From Anthoceros angustus (Eukaryota > Plantae > Anthocerotophyta), in NCBI GenBank assembly GCA_010909165.1, contig MU008179.1, forward strand, positions 682,001 through 746,000: a stretch of 64,000 nucleotides of DNA, read 5' to 3'. The notes beneath the pieces were generated by a model. The model searched no databases. It was not told the origin of the DNA and was given only the letters and a program-made list of their open reading frames with translations. Positions 37,001 to 48,833 of this stretch are shown here, piece after piece. Position 1 is the stretch's first letter. Every line of letters begins with the position of its first letter. The position numbers were made by a program, and so were the translations under genes.

Positions 37001-40000
37001 ATGCAATCGGAGGGAGGGGATGGCAGGGATCCGGAAGCGGCGGAGCCTGCAAGCACCGGGCTGCCGATCAGCACGCTGCACTTGCCGGGGGATGACGATT
37101 CTGATGGAGTTGGAGACTCGTTGTCGGGCAATTCCGGGGACAGGCCAGCCCGGGGTCAGGATGCAGCGGCGGAGGAGGCAGCCGAGGGTGGTGGAGAGCG
37201 GGGAGGTGTGGACATATCCGCTGCCCCGGCGATGGCAGACGGTGGAAGCGGGGAGAGCCAGGGCTCTGCTGCTACGGACTTGCCGGAAGGAGCGGTTGGG
37301 GGAAAAGACGAGGGTGGGGAGAGCAAGGGTTGGGAAGCTGGCTCTGTGACGACGGGAGGTGACGGAGTGGATGGCGAGGAACCGCCCCCGGCAGCGGTAG
37401 TGGGCGCGGATGGCGTGGCCCCGGATGAGCAGCCACAGGAGGAAACCTCCGAGTCTGGGATTCCAGAAACTGCAGCGACTGAGGAGGCGGAGCAGGTCTC
37501 CGATGGCACGCCGTCGGATGCGCCTTCTTCTGTTGAAGGCCGGCAGCAGAAGGAAGCTGCAACCACGGGCGGGGCTGGACTGGTTGGGGAGGGAGTGCTG
37601 GATCAGTCGTTGAGTGATGAGATCAAGAAACCGCCTGCGAACTCCGAGGAGTGGAGAGCTGTGGACGTACATGTGTATACTAGACGAGCGCGGACAGTGG
37701 TGGCAGCCTTGTGCTCCGTTTTGGGATTGACAAGCTTTATTTTGAGCACTGTGTTGACATACCAGATTGCGCTTCCTGGAATTCAGCATGTGTTTTTCAA
37801 GGCAAGTGCTCGGTTGACATGCCTATGACCAGTTTGACCATCTTTTTCTTGATGTCCTGATGAGCAGAGCTATGCACAGTGCTCTGCCTCGCCTGACTGG
37901 TTCAACTGCTTCCACACTTGCTGCAGAGTCTGACCATCAGCAATGCGACGGAAGGTTTCCGCACCTCGCAGGTCTTGCCTGGTTTGTACAAGAGCTGGTA
38001 CTTCTGGAACATCACAAACCCAAAAAACTATTTGAATGGGACTGAGCCTCCCAACCTGCAGCAGGTTGGATCTCCACATATGTTGAGCACATGTCTGTGT
38101 CCGGGCTTGCAAATGTAGGACTAGACGCTTTGGAGGAAATGATTGTCACTTGTTTAAGTTCTGAGTACTGAGTTTTGTTAGTGCTTCACCAATCAAGTAG
38201 CAGGTTGGTCCCTACACAATGCAGCAGGTTGTGAAGGTAACAGCAGTGAGCTTCTCCAGGCAGCAAGATGAGGTCCTCAGATCAACTGTGGTGTATGGCG
38301 TTTACGATGCTGACAAGTCCTGTGCGACCTGCTCCCTGGATGATCCGGTTACTGTTGTGAACGAAGTTTTCATGGCTACCATGGCCTCCCTTAATACTAC
38401 TGACATAGAGCTGCTGCGTACTTTTGTTCCTGGTCTCATTACTGACGCCTTGCAACACATCGAGGGTGCTGACTCTCTTTCATATTGTAGTCTTCAGGTC
38501 ATTTCCACAGTTTCCTAGCATTCTTCCAACTTCTTGTCATCTTTGTTGATCAGCGCAGAAGCAGGGACAGCTTTCAACTAACACCTCCTTCGTTTCACCT
38601 TGTAGGCTACCTTACCAAACAAGGAAAAACACCCGCTGCTGCCAAAACACAAGCTCTTCAGCAGTTTCGGGATTGTTCAGTACTGAAAGGAAAATCAATT
38701 CGAACTGTTGATCCTACTTACAAATGGCAGCAATTCCCTCCCGAGTACTGTGCCTGGGCCAAGTTCAAGAACATAAAGTTCGCTCCCCTTGTCATGAATG
38801 ATACCGAATTCCACTTTTTCATGTCCTTGGTCTTTTCAGGCCAACCTGACTCTGTGTCTAGAATTCTCAGGGCCATCAACCCTGAGCCTGGTTTCTTCCA
38901 TAACTTGAGTTGGCTCGGCTATCAGCTCTCCATTGGTATCCTGGAGTATCTAAACTACATGACAAGCAACCCTGCAAAGGGGGTGTTTACTGAGGCCGTA
39001 ATCAACAACAATGGTGGTCTCATTATCACTCGACCTGTGAAGGAACTGCTGTATGGCTATTATGACCCTTGGCTCCAGTTCATCTACGGAAACGGCAGCG
39101 ATGCAGCATGGGTGACACAGATACACAGCCAGCAAGCAGTGGAGAAGCCAACACGACCGTTTCCTGAAGCTCAGGGACGCATGGGCATCAAGACGGGAGC
39201 AGTTGACATCTCCAAGCTCTATTGGATCACCCAGCAGGGCACAGTGATGAAAACGTCCCCAGCTGCTTTCAATGCCAGAGCTGTGCAATGGGAGTATGGG
39301 AATGTCACTGTGGAAGCATCCAGTGGACTTTGTTTTGGGCCACTCAAAGTGGTAAGGGGGCAGAATGTGACCATGTGGTTGGATAACTGGTTGCGGCACG
39401 TGACACTTCAATATGTTGGAGTTGGCCACGTCCATGGCCTCGCAACATACAAATACACGTTGGATGCTTCTTCCCTCGATGCCTGTCATACTACTACTCC
39501 TCTCAGGTATGTTTGCACCTCCGTTGCGGTTCATGAATTTTGAGTTTTGAGGATGAAAGAGCTACCATCCAAACATAAATGTCATCAGCTGGGATGTTCA
39601 TTGCGTTCAGTTAATTTCAGAAAAATGTACAGACATGTTGGCACAAAAAAGGCTAGTGTCAAGAGAGGTGACAGAGTAAGTGGACAGACAGACATAGATT
39701 GATGGTCTTGCCCACGGGCTCAACAGGATTACACACACAGAAGGTCCTTGTATGTACCCCAATAGATACCGTGGTCTTATCAACATGAGCCGATTCCAGG
39801 ATGCTGTCTTTCAGACACTTCCACATTTCTATGGTGCGGACCCTCACGTTGCTGCCACTTTGGGGTACAATTCACAAGCCATGAAACCTGATGAGCGTTA
39901 TAATCTTACCATGGATATCGAGCCTTCCTTCGGCGCCAGTGTGAATCTCTCATTCTGGTTTCAGAAAGTTTTCCAGGTTAAGAGGCTGACTCTCTTGTAT

Positions 40001-41574
40001 CCAAGTCTTTGGCTCCTTCAAAGTAAAAATGCGGCACCGTTCCCAGATTCCGTCTGGATTCCTCACAGTTATTACCACATTGAAGTAAGTTTGCAAGTTG
40101 TTTCTGCTTGACAGCTGTAGTATTCTCTCTGCCGTACCTGCACCATGTAAACCATAACAATGCTTGCTGGAATCTGACAGGCCACAGCCAACAAATCTGT
40201 TTGCGATGCACTGTCTGCTGGCACATCGATCTTCTCCGCAGTTGTCTTCTTCATGATAAACTTCGTTCCATTCGTCTCTGTAGGCTGCATTGTCTGCGGT
40301 CTTCAGTGCCTGTGGCGGAGAAGGCAGATGAAACTGTGTTACATGATTTGCCTTGAGGTACACCCTGGACTGTCTTTGAAAGATCTATCCCGTTTCGAGG
40401 CTTTCAAACAAAGGAAAAGTTATCTGATCGTCGTCGGTGAGCTCATTAGGGGAAAACCGAGGATGCTGAGCCCCCCGAGCTGATAACGGCGGTTGTGATG
40501 GATCCTACGCGACTTCGAGAGTTCCTAGTTGAACAGAACCGAATAGAAGCAAGGCAGAAAGCAGAACTGAGCTGGCGACGTTTTAATGAGCATATCTCAG
40601 AACATAGCCGCGAGCATGAAAGGATCAAGCAGCAACATGCTGTACACCGAAAGTCCATCATAGAAGAGAGAGAAGCTCGAGAGAGGGCAATAGCAGCAGC
40701 TTTAGCGGAACAGGCTCGAAAGGAAAAGGAGGATTTGCTAAGAGCTCTTTCCATTGGCGAGCTTGACAAGCTGGAGCTTGGGCAACTTGAGGGCACAGGC
40801 GATGAGGGGAGCGATTTGGGGGCACGAGGAGCCTCTTTGATTGAATCGGACGAACCCTTCACAAGAGGGGTAGCGGTACCCACAGCGGTCTCAAAGCAGC
40901 CGCTGCCTACCCTGGGAGAGGAAGACTCCACTAGTCCTCGGAAAGGTGGTGCAGAGTGGTCAAGAACAGCTTCTCTATTCGAAACCAGTGGACCTGACGG
41001 ACATTCGGTGATGGAATGGTCAAGGACAGCATCCCTGATTGAAGCTTCGGGTTCAGACATCCAGGACAGCAGCGAATGGTCGAGGACATTCACCACCGTC
41101 GAAACTGAGGATTCGAGCCATGATATTATGTCACACTGGTCAAGAACAGCATCTCTCATTGAAGCTGAGCAAGGCAGACTCCAGAGGCGCTTCAAATTAG
41201 ACCAGGGAGCAAGACCATGGATGCCATCAACCACCGCCATACCTGAATCAAGGGTCGAGTTGCTGGAAGAGATGCTTGCAGTAGCTCTGACGGCAGACAT
41301 TACTCAAACAAACCCTGAACCAGATAGTGAGCCAGATCCTGAACCACATCGTGAGCCAGATCCTGAACCGCACCGTGAGCCAGATCCAGAACCACATCGT
41401 GAGCCAGACCCTGAACCGCACCGTGAGCCAGATCCTGAACCAGACCATGGACCGGACCCTGAATCAAATTCTGGACTAGATCGTGGACTACACTCCGAAC
41501 CAGATCAGGAACCGTCTGACCAGGATGGTGCTCAACAAGATGACGACAAGAAGGTGACCTTCGCAGAAGACTGA
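37001..41574 (+). CDS. CD36/scavenger receptor class B (LIMP-2-like) two-TM protein with acidic N-terminus and long repeat-bearing C-terminal tail
   Basis: TM1 VVAALCSVLGLTSFILSTVL; WYFWNITNP.NYLNG..PNLQQ|VGPY; CSLDDPVTVVN; TRPVKELLYGYYDPWL; SGLCFGP; YKYTLD; TLPHFYGADP; DIEPSFG; TM2 IFSAVVFFMINFVPFVSVGCIVCGL. The tail is joined by an inferred intron at 40358-40448. First intron is GC-AG (AAG|GCAAGT). Confidence 0.78.
41314..41465 (+). repeat. 24-bp coding repeat (EPDPEPHR)n
   Basis: gagccagatcctgaacc(a/g)ca(t/c)cgt about 5 times, in frame. Confidence 0.9.
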
Positions 41575-41958
41575 GTCACTCACAAGCTACACAGAAACCT
41601 CACATAAACGAGTGTGCCATTGCACGAGGTCACAAGATCCTCCAACAACAACACCCATCCTATGCAATCGGCCCCAACCAGGTATTTAACTGCTTCCCAA
41701 ATCTGTCCTTGTTTGTGCGTTACCAGTGACTTTCTCGTTCAGGTGCTGATTCTACCCGCCCTCATCTCCCGGTACCAGAGGACCAGCTGGAGCAGACGCT
41801 TGATACAGCATAGTGTTGCATAATGGGGAGGAAACTTCTCCGACCGCCAGTCATATGCACAGGGACCTGGACAACGAGCATGTGAGCTCAAGAGTGCTAC
41901 GTTGTGTACAAAGAGAATTGCCTTCCCCGCTTGCACAAAACGCAAGCTGCTGCCGCAA

Positions 41959-42478
41959 CTAGGACCATGTAATGAATCTGGTAGCCAGCCTTATACGGTG
42001 CGATGCCAATCTGGTAGCTTCCTGGGCAAGCGGCGCACTCACACCATCAAGTTCGAAGAGCACTTGCCCTTGCTTCACCCGAGCAACACAACCAGTGGGG
42101 TTTCCTTTCCCTTTCCCCATCCGCACCTCCGTGGGCTTGGCAGTGATGGGAATATCTGCAACCACCCGCAACCATATCTGACCGCTTCTTTTAAGCTTCC
42201 GGCTCATCACCCTCCGCGCTGCCTCAATGGCCTCGTAAGAGATCCTGCCCGGCTCGCGACTAACCAGTCCGAACTTCCCGAAAGCCAAGCGCGTGCCATC
42301 CCCCTTGATGCCATCACACCTGCCCTTGTGGACTTTGGCACGCATGATCTGCATTCAAACGCAAAAACCCCGTCACCTGCATGCCTCAAGTGAAAATTGC
42401 CCACCGCCATGCACTCAATCCCCGCATTCCTCTTACCGATTTCAGGTGCGCCAACGTCTTCGGCCCTCCCGCAGCCAT
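41959..42478 (-). CDS. RPL16: Mitochondrial-type ribosomal protein L16, nuclear-encoded, 2 exons (42478-42437, 42348-41959)
   Basis: HKGRC.GIKGDGT.LAFGKFG…GRISYEAIEAARR…QIWLRVVADIPITAKPTEVRMGKGKGNPTG..ARV…LFELDGVS, the plant mitochondrial signature. GT-AG intron. Confidence 0.9.
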
Positions 42479-42694
42479 CGCAGCTCTTTGTTTCCTGGCA
42501 CTTCCTCCACAGTTGTCTCTTGCCCTAAGTAAGGCTTACACGCACCGTTCTTTCGATGTTTGGACCCCGTAGTGTCGCCAGACGCGCCGTTGCAACGATG
42601 CAACTCTAGATCTGTACATACGCTGTTGTGCTTCCGATTTCCAGGCCGCCGCTCCTGGCCGTTGAATCCCTCGTAGTTATAATTTTAAAAGCCT

Positions 42695-42704
42695 AAACCC
42701 TAAA
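42695..42704. promoter_or_regulatory. Telo-box (AAACCCTAAA) upstream of RPL16
   Basis: gcctAAACCCTAAAc ~220 nt upstream of the ATG. Telo-boxes are typical of plant translation-machinery promoters. Confidence 0.55.
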
Positions 42705-42849
42705 CGCTTATCGTCCTTCGGGGCGTGGACGACTCGTTTTTGAGACTCGCTTGGCTACTCCCTCCTCCAAGCTTCACCTCGATCACCTCCCCCTCACCAC
42801 TCATCACTGTTATGGACCCCGTGTGGTTTCTTCACTAACCCTTTTTTGA

Positions 42850-45500
42850 ACCCGGACTTGAGCGAACGTTAACTCTTGCAATCGATAAGGTAAGGTGGAA
42901 TAGTTTTGGGGCTCACGACACCCCATTTGTGAGAAAATTGGAAGTGGAGTCAGCCGGAAACTAGACAGACCATCATGGGAGTGGTACAAAGGAGGAGGCC
43001 GAGCGAAATAACGACCCACCCTTGTTCGTGATGTCTTCCTCCTTGCAGCTTCGGTCTCAAGACACCTTGGACCCAAGCATATGTATCTCGAGAATTAAAG
43101 ACCCACGGGAGCTATAGCGAAAGAAATGGCCAGGCTTGACAAAGATGTGTCCGAGATCAAGCGTGGCCATATGACTATAGTTCCATGTCTCATGTGAGAC
43201 AGATGATTAGAGTAGGCCTTTCTGGGTTGCGGAGGACTTAGATTTCACATGTGACGAACCATATTTATTGGTGCAATGTTGGGTGACGGAGAATAGTAAT
43301 GCATTCGAAAGACGGTATATACTTGAGGAGATTTTGCCCCCAAACAACGCAAAGAGGATGGGCATGCAGCAGCGGAGGAATTGCATCCTAAGCACCTAAA
43401 TCGGCTCCTAATTTCATAGACATTCGTTTTTGTTGGAAAGCGGACAGCTTCAGGTGAGTGGGCAAACTTACCTCAAGCTGGTCTCTTTCCAACAAAAACG
43501 AATTCATATGGGATGAAGGGCGCACATGCAACATGGGATTCGTTGATGGTTCTGATTGTCATCACCCTTTTAAGTTGTGGTGCTCCCATATGGGTATGGC
43601 ACAATGTGACCAAATAGACATGCAAGGTGTGGCACCACGAGCTAGAACAATACATTTTTCATTTCATGACACCTTTAAAAAACACCAAAGACATAACGAA
43701 AGCACGTTTTCACCCAAATAAAAATCCGGATTTTAGCCATAATTCTTTTTTGTTGGAGAAACTCATTTCTACCTAGACATGATTAGTTGTTGATGTTGTT
43801 GTTGAGGAAGCTTAATTAGCCCGAAACGTTGAGAACCCTATGCCTGCAGTTTGAGTTGCTAGATAGTAACAGGTCATTGATAGCAGCATACTTTGCTGGA
43901 TGGAATTGAGAAATATACATGGTGATTAGGGGCTTCGTTTAAAGAATTAATTGATACACCGCCTCAAAAACTAGAAAAAAACCCTTTGCTTTTGAAGCTT
44001 TCTAGTTTCACGTCTTCTCTTTTATGCCATAATATCATAGGGTTATTATAAGGCATGTCGAAGGAAAAGCTACGCTGTGAGAGAGAGATAGAGTAATGAG
44101 GGCTTGTAAGTCGGGCTAAACTTAGATGTACAGGTCTGCCTGGGCCGCCTTTTCTGAAAGGACGGTGTATAGGGACTTGTGTTAGAATGTTATGCATTTC
44201 ATTGTACATAGAAGAATAAACAGACAAGCGCTATGAGGAGAGCCCTGATTTTTTGGAATACCACAACTTTGTGAAACAAGGGCATAGCCCTTGGCATTTT
44301 GTCTTGATTTATTTTCTTGCGGATCTTGTGATGTGGGCTGATAAATGAACCGATGGCCAGAGAGTGATTGATTGCACACGTTTTGGCTTTCCATTTTTGT
44401 TACACTAACGTTGTCCATCTTGTTTCCCTCACACTTGTCACACCCCCGAGTATCCAAGTCCACCGAGTGCCCAACCAACTCACAGCATAACGATGTCATT
44501 GAGCTCACGTTTGAGCAAAGTGCTATCAAGTCTAAAGTGTACCTGACTAACTCGGAAGTTCATGTTGTTTCCTTGTGAAATGAGACCGATGTCTGTGTAC
44601 TACCTCCTTGCCATACACCCGTTTTCTGAATGGCTAACTAGAATGGCTAGAGGCTATGCATACTTGTCTCAAAGTTACTAGCTATTCAACAGGTCTTTTG
44701 CAATAGGCGGGGAAGGTGTATTATAAGGCTCATCAATCAAGGTGAGCAATTACGATGGTATTAGTTTACATTACATTTTAAGTTAATAATTGATGAGTAA
44801 CCATCATAAGTAGTGTATCAGATATATATATACAATGAGGCCATGACCATACAACAGTATGTATGGGTCGTCGCAATTGTTTTTGAAGGGCGACCATGTG
44901 CGCGCCATGAAGGCTCAACAAAGCACATAGCAATAGCTTGAAGAAAACGACGTCGTACTGCAAGGGAGCCTCACGCGAGGGATAGGACGGTATTGTGGCA
45001 TGACTGCAAATTGGCATGCATGTTGTGATGTAGCTAGTTGTCGCTGCTTCGTGATCATAAAGCGCAATAAAGCAGGTGCAAAATTATGTGCATATTGTAG
45101 TCTTGTGTCACTGGTCGTAGCTCACGGATTGCACGAGATTCTTTCCAAGACAGCCCACGCAATGGTATATGTGATCGCAGTGCAAGAATAAGTGTCTGTG
45201 TTCTGATTTACCAATTGCAACAAATCCTATGGCCTCAAATGCGCATTCATGAGTTTTTCCCAGAGCTAGCTAGGTCACAGCCGTAGTGGTAGTTTAGATT
45301 GAGTATGCTAACGAGGTGATACGGAGACCAATTGTGGTGCAACTGTGAAGTTGTATACAAGACTTGCCATCTTCAAGTCGTTGTGCCTGCCGAAGACTCT
45401 CAATGAGTCATTATGGCCAAACTACAAAAGCATCACTCATTGTATGGGCAAGTTTAGTCACATGTTTGGGATATAGTTTGAATGATCAATTGCAAATAAC
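42850..45500 (-). mobile_element. Highly decayed Ty1/Copia pol remnant
   Basis: Faint motifs in Copia order on the minus strand: ILALRS (integrase), KSRQNAKGYA (~YKARLVAKGY), YGIKE (~LYGLKQ), FALFGGKISS (RNase H). Many stops; boundaries approximate. Confidence 0.4.
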
Positions 45501-46399
45501 AATCTATGGGTATGACTATATATACTAATCCTGGACTCCTCGCAGTTAACCAATGCAAGCTTCTGCCCTGTACTTGGCCCTATCGAGATGAGATTATACT
45601 TGTGTGCCTGCAGGTTGCTAGGTAATAAATTGCAACAACGAAAGCAGGCATCGATAATTACAACATGTAGAAAAATACGTACTTGGCATATGGCCCTTGA
45701 CGATAAACATGCGCTTGTCATCTAATTCCAGCAAATCCCTTGCTTTACTCACCTTGGCCAAAATGCAAAAGCGTCACAGTTTGCTACTATACCAGTAGGC
45801 TACCTCACCTATTTGCGAAACAGTTTAAAATATTAATTATAAAAAGCAATTCTATATCATTACATACACGTGCAAAAGACTCGCTACCGCCCAACTGCAA
45901 AGTGTTTGTGCCACTCTATGTACATATCAGGTTCATACTTTATGATCACTGGTACGCATCAGGTGCGTAGCGAAGTACAGTGATACAAAGAACCTGGCTG
46001 AGATTGTGGGTATTGCGTGGTTGTTTGCAGCTAATTGCTAAGGGCATTATTGAACATTGAAAATGCTTGTCGTTAGTGGAACGTTGTAGTGTAGGTGGGT
46101 AGTAGTGTGAGCCGACGACCAGCTATTGTCACAACAGATAGACCGTCCTCATGACCAAGATTGTACGCCCTTCTCGTCAACCCCCCGATGTTATAAAGAG
46201 AGACCTACATGCGAACTACCCTCCAACCATTTGCTTCAGTTGTATCTTGTAGTAATATTTCCGCATCCCGTTTACAAGATTGATGAGAAGATCGTTACAG
46301 ATGCAAAGTATTTGTCGTAGTGTAATTAGTCCCACATAGGCTTGACAACCTTCTCACACGACACAGAACATGTGTTATGCGTACAAGTATAAAAATGAA

Positions 46400-48240
46400 C
46401 CTGTGGGGGGTGGAGGGGTGCGAGTCCGTGGCTTTTAGAGAGGGGGCGATCTTGGAGTCCCATCTAGATTGGATCGCATTGCAGGTGGACGTAGAAAATG
46501 CTTTTAACACTGTCTCCAGGGCGGCTATTTTCGATGAGCTCAAGGATGTAGGTGGGCAGCTTGCTAACCTTATTCCTTTTGTCCGCTCCTTTTATGGGTC
46601 TCCCTCCAATCTCTACTATTAGCATGGGCTTGGGGTCGAGGGGGTTTTGGTGTTGGCCCCAGCAACTAGCACCAGGCAAAGGGATCCGTTGGGTGGTGCC
46701 CTCTTCGCCATGGCTCATTTTCAGGCTCTGTTCATAACCGCCTCCTCGTTTTGGGATTGTCTGTATCCCTCGGTGGCGGACGACACCCATATCATGGGAC
46801 CTGGTGACCGGGTTAAGGGGGCTTTTGATCTTTTCTCTTTGGAGCTCTCCCACCTCGGTCTGACAGTGAAGATTTTGAAGTGCAGAGTTCTGTCCCCCTC
46901 CGGCACGGTGCCCTCTCTTTAGTATCTTGAGGGGGATATTGCTTATGTACCCCTAGGGCCTTCAAGTTTTAGGGGTCCTAGTGGGGCCCCCAGCTTTCGT
47001 ACAAGAATTCGTGGATGCAGCTTGGGAGGAGGACTTGACACATATTAGCAATCTCTCCCAATTGAGGGATCCATAGGTGGCATTCGGTATTCTATCTTCC
47101 TGTTTTGCGCGCCAGCCAGGCTACCTTCTCCGCACAGTTCCACTCTTTCCCGGATTCTTGTCGAGCCTGAGGTGCTTGGGCCAATGATGTAGGCGTAACC
47201 TGCCTCAGGCCCAGGCACCTTCGAGTACGGTGTTGGGACTTGGCCAGGAGACAGGTGTCCCTCCCTATTGCGTAAGGGGGCACTGGTATTTTGGTTACGG
47301 AAGCCTCTGCATCAACAGATTTCCTTGGGAGTTGGGCCCTCTCTGCTCCCATCCTGGTCTCTCGCTTCGTCATTAGGGATTCTTGCATTTTGGAGTCTTT
47401 CGTTGCGGGAGTGGAGGAAGGCTTTCCGAATCGCACCAGCCTCTTTTTCTATCACGATGAGGTTTTGCCTGGCTTGGTCTAGCCTCTGGCCTGCTCTCTC
47501 CAGACTTGCAGCTGTGGGACGCCCCTCAACCACTCGGGGACCCACCTTACCCGTTGTCCCGTGGGCGGGCAGCTCATTGCTCCAGATGACGCTGTTCGCG
47601 ACGTCATGTTTTCGTTGGCTAAGGAGAGAGACTTCTTTCCTTACAGGGAGCGCCCTTATGCTCCTAACAAGGTTTCCCTCCAGACGGACCTTTTTTTGGC
47701 CCAGGGGGACAAGGTTTCGGTTGCAGATGTGGTTGTCACTGACCCTATTCGGGATTCCGTCAGTGAGCATGTGATCCTCAACCTTCCGGGGTGGGCGGCG
47801 GAGGGATGTGTCGTAGTGAAGGTTTGTAAGGACTCTCCTATGCAGTAGGGGCACGCCTTTATCCCCCTCGCCATCGAGATCCATGGGGCTATGGGCAAGG
47901 CCTTTCTAGGTTCCTTAAGACTTGTGCCAGGGAGTACCATAGCCGCAGGAATGGGGTTGGCCTCCCTCTTTCATGTATCGTGGCTTTCTACAGGCAACGG
48001 GTGTCCATCGCCCTATAGCGGGCTTTGGCCAACGCGGTGTATAGAAAGAACGACGGCAACCGCAAGGCAGGCAGCTTCTTCGGCATCAGTGGTAAATAGG
48101 TCTTTTCGTATCCCCGATTTTGATATCCTTTGCGCGGTAGGCAGTTACAAAATTGGTGACAATGGGGGTTGGTCCCCCATGGTGACAACGAGGGTTAGTC
48201 CCCCATGGTGACAACGAGGGGGACTAGTGCCCTCCTAAGG
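46400..48240 (+). mobile_element. 5'-truncated CRE/RLE-clade non-LTR retrotransposon, pseudogenised
   Basis: LQVDVENAFNTVSR, TRQRDPLGGALF, SVADDTHIMGP, zinc knuckle C-S-C-G…HLTRCP.GG..IAPDDAVRDV, RLE-like VADVVVTDP…FIPLAIE. Contains stops and frameshifts. Confidence 0.85.
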
Positions 48241-48833
48241 GGTGTTCCCCTTCTCTTGGGGTAGATGGATTTTCCCATCTCCTTTTCATAATAATGTCTC
48301 CACTTCCACCATGTGCAGGTTCCAAAAAGATCATATGGACGGATCCAACCCGTATACACTTAGATAGAGAAAGCCAGCTCTTTTGATATTTTTACAATTC
48401 AAAAAGCCAAGTAGGACACTAGTGCGAATCAAGCCAAACTATCAAAGACGGGACCTAGGCTCCAAGGAGGCATCGAGCCTTGGAGCGTAGGCATTAACTA
48501 GGTACTGGATCCAAGCGAGGACTTGGCCCAAAGGGTGCTTGACGCTGACCTGAAATGGCTCCTACCGATGGCGTCGGGACACGGACACTTCACAATTGCA
48601 GGGTCCTAGTAGATGTGAACAAGGTTGAAAAAAGGGTTCAATAGCATGTTAACGAGGTCTTTTATCAACAAAAAATGGAAACTTGGTTTCAATTGATAGG
48701 AGCTCCAATGGCTGGGAGAAAGGTTCCAACAATGGAAAAGGGAAGACCTTGCCCGTCCCACAACGCAAGTGCTAATGTCGCGTTCACATTCGTTAAGTTC
48801 AATCACTTGTAAGAGGGAAAAAGTGGGTTCTCA

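Noticed and set aside
40446-41300. 284-aa minus-strand ORF with AVLDH repeats
   Set aside because: Antisense mirror of the WSRTASL repeat region of the CD36-like tail.
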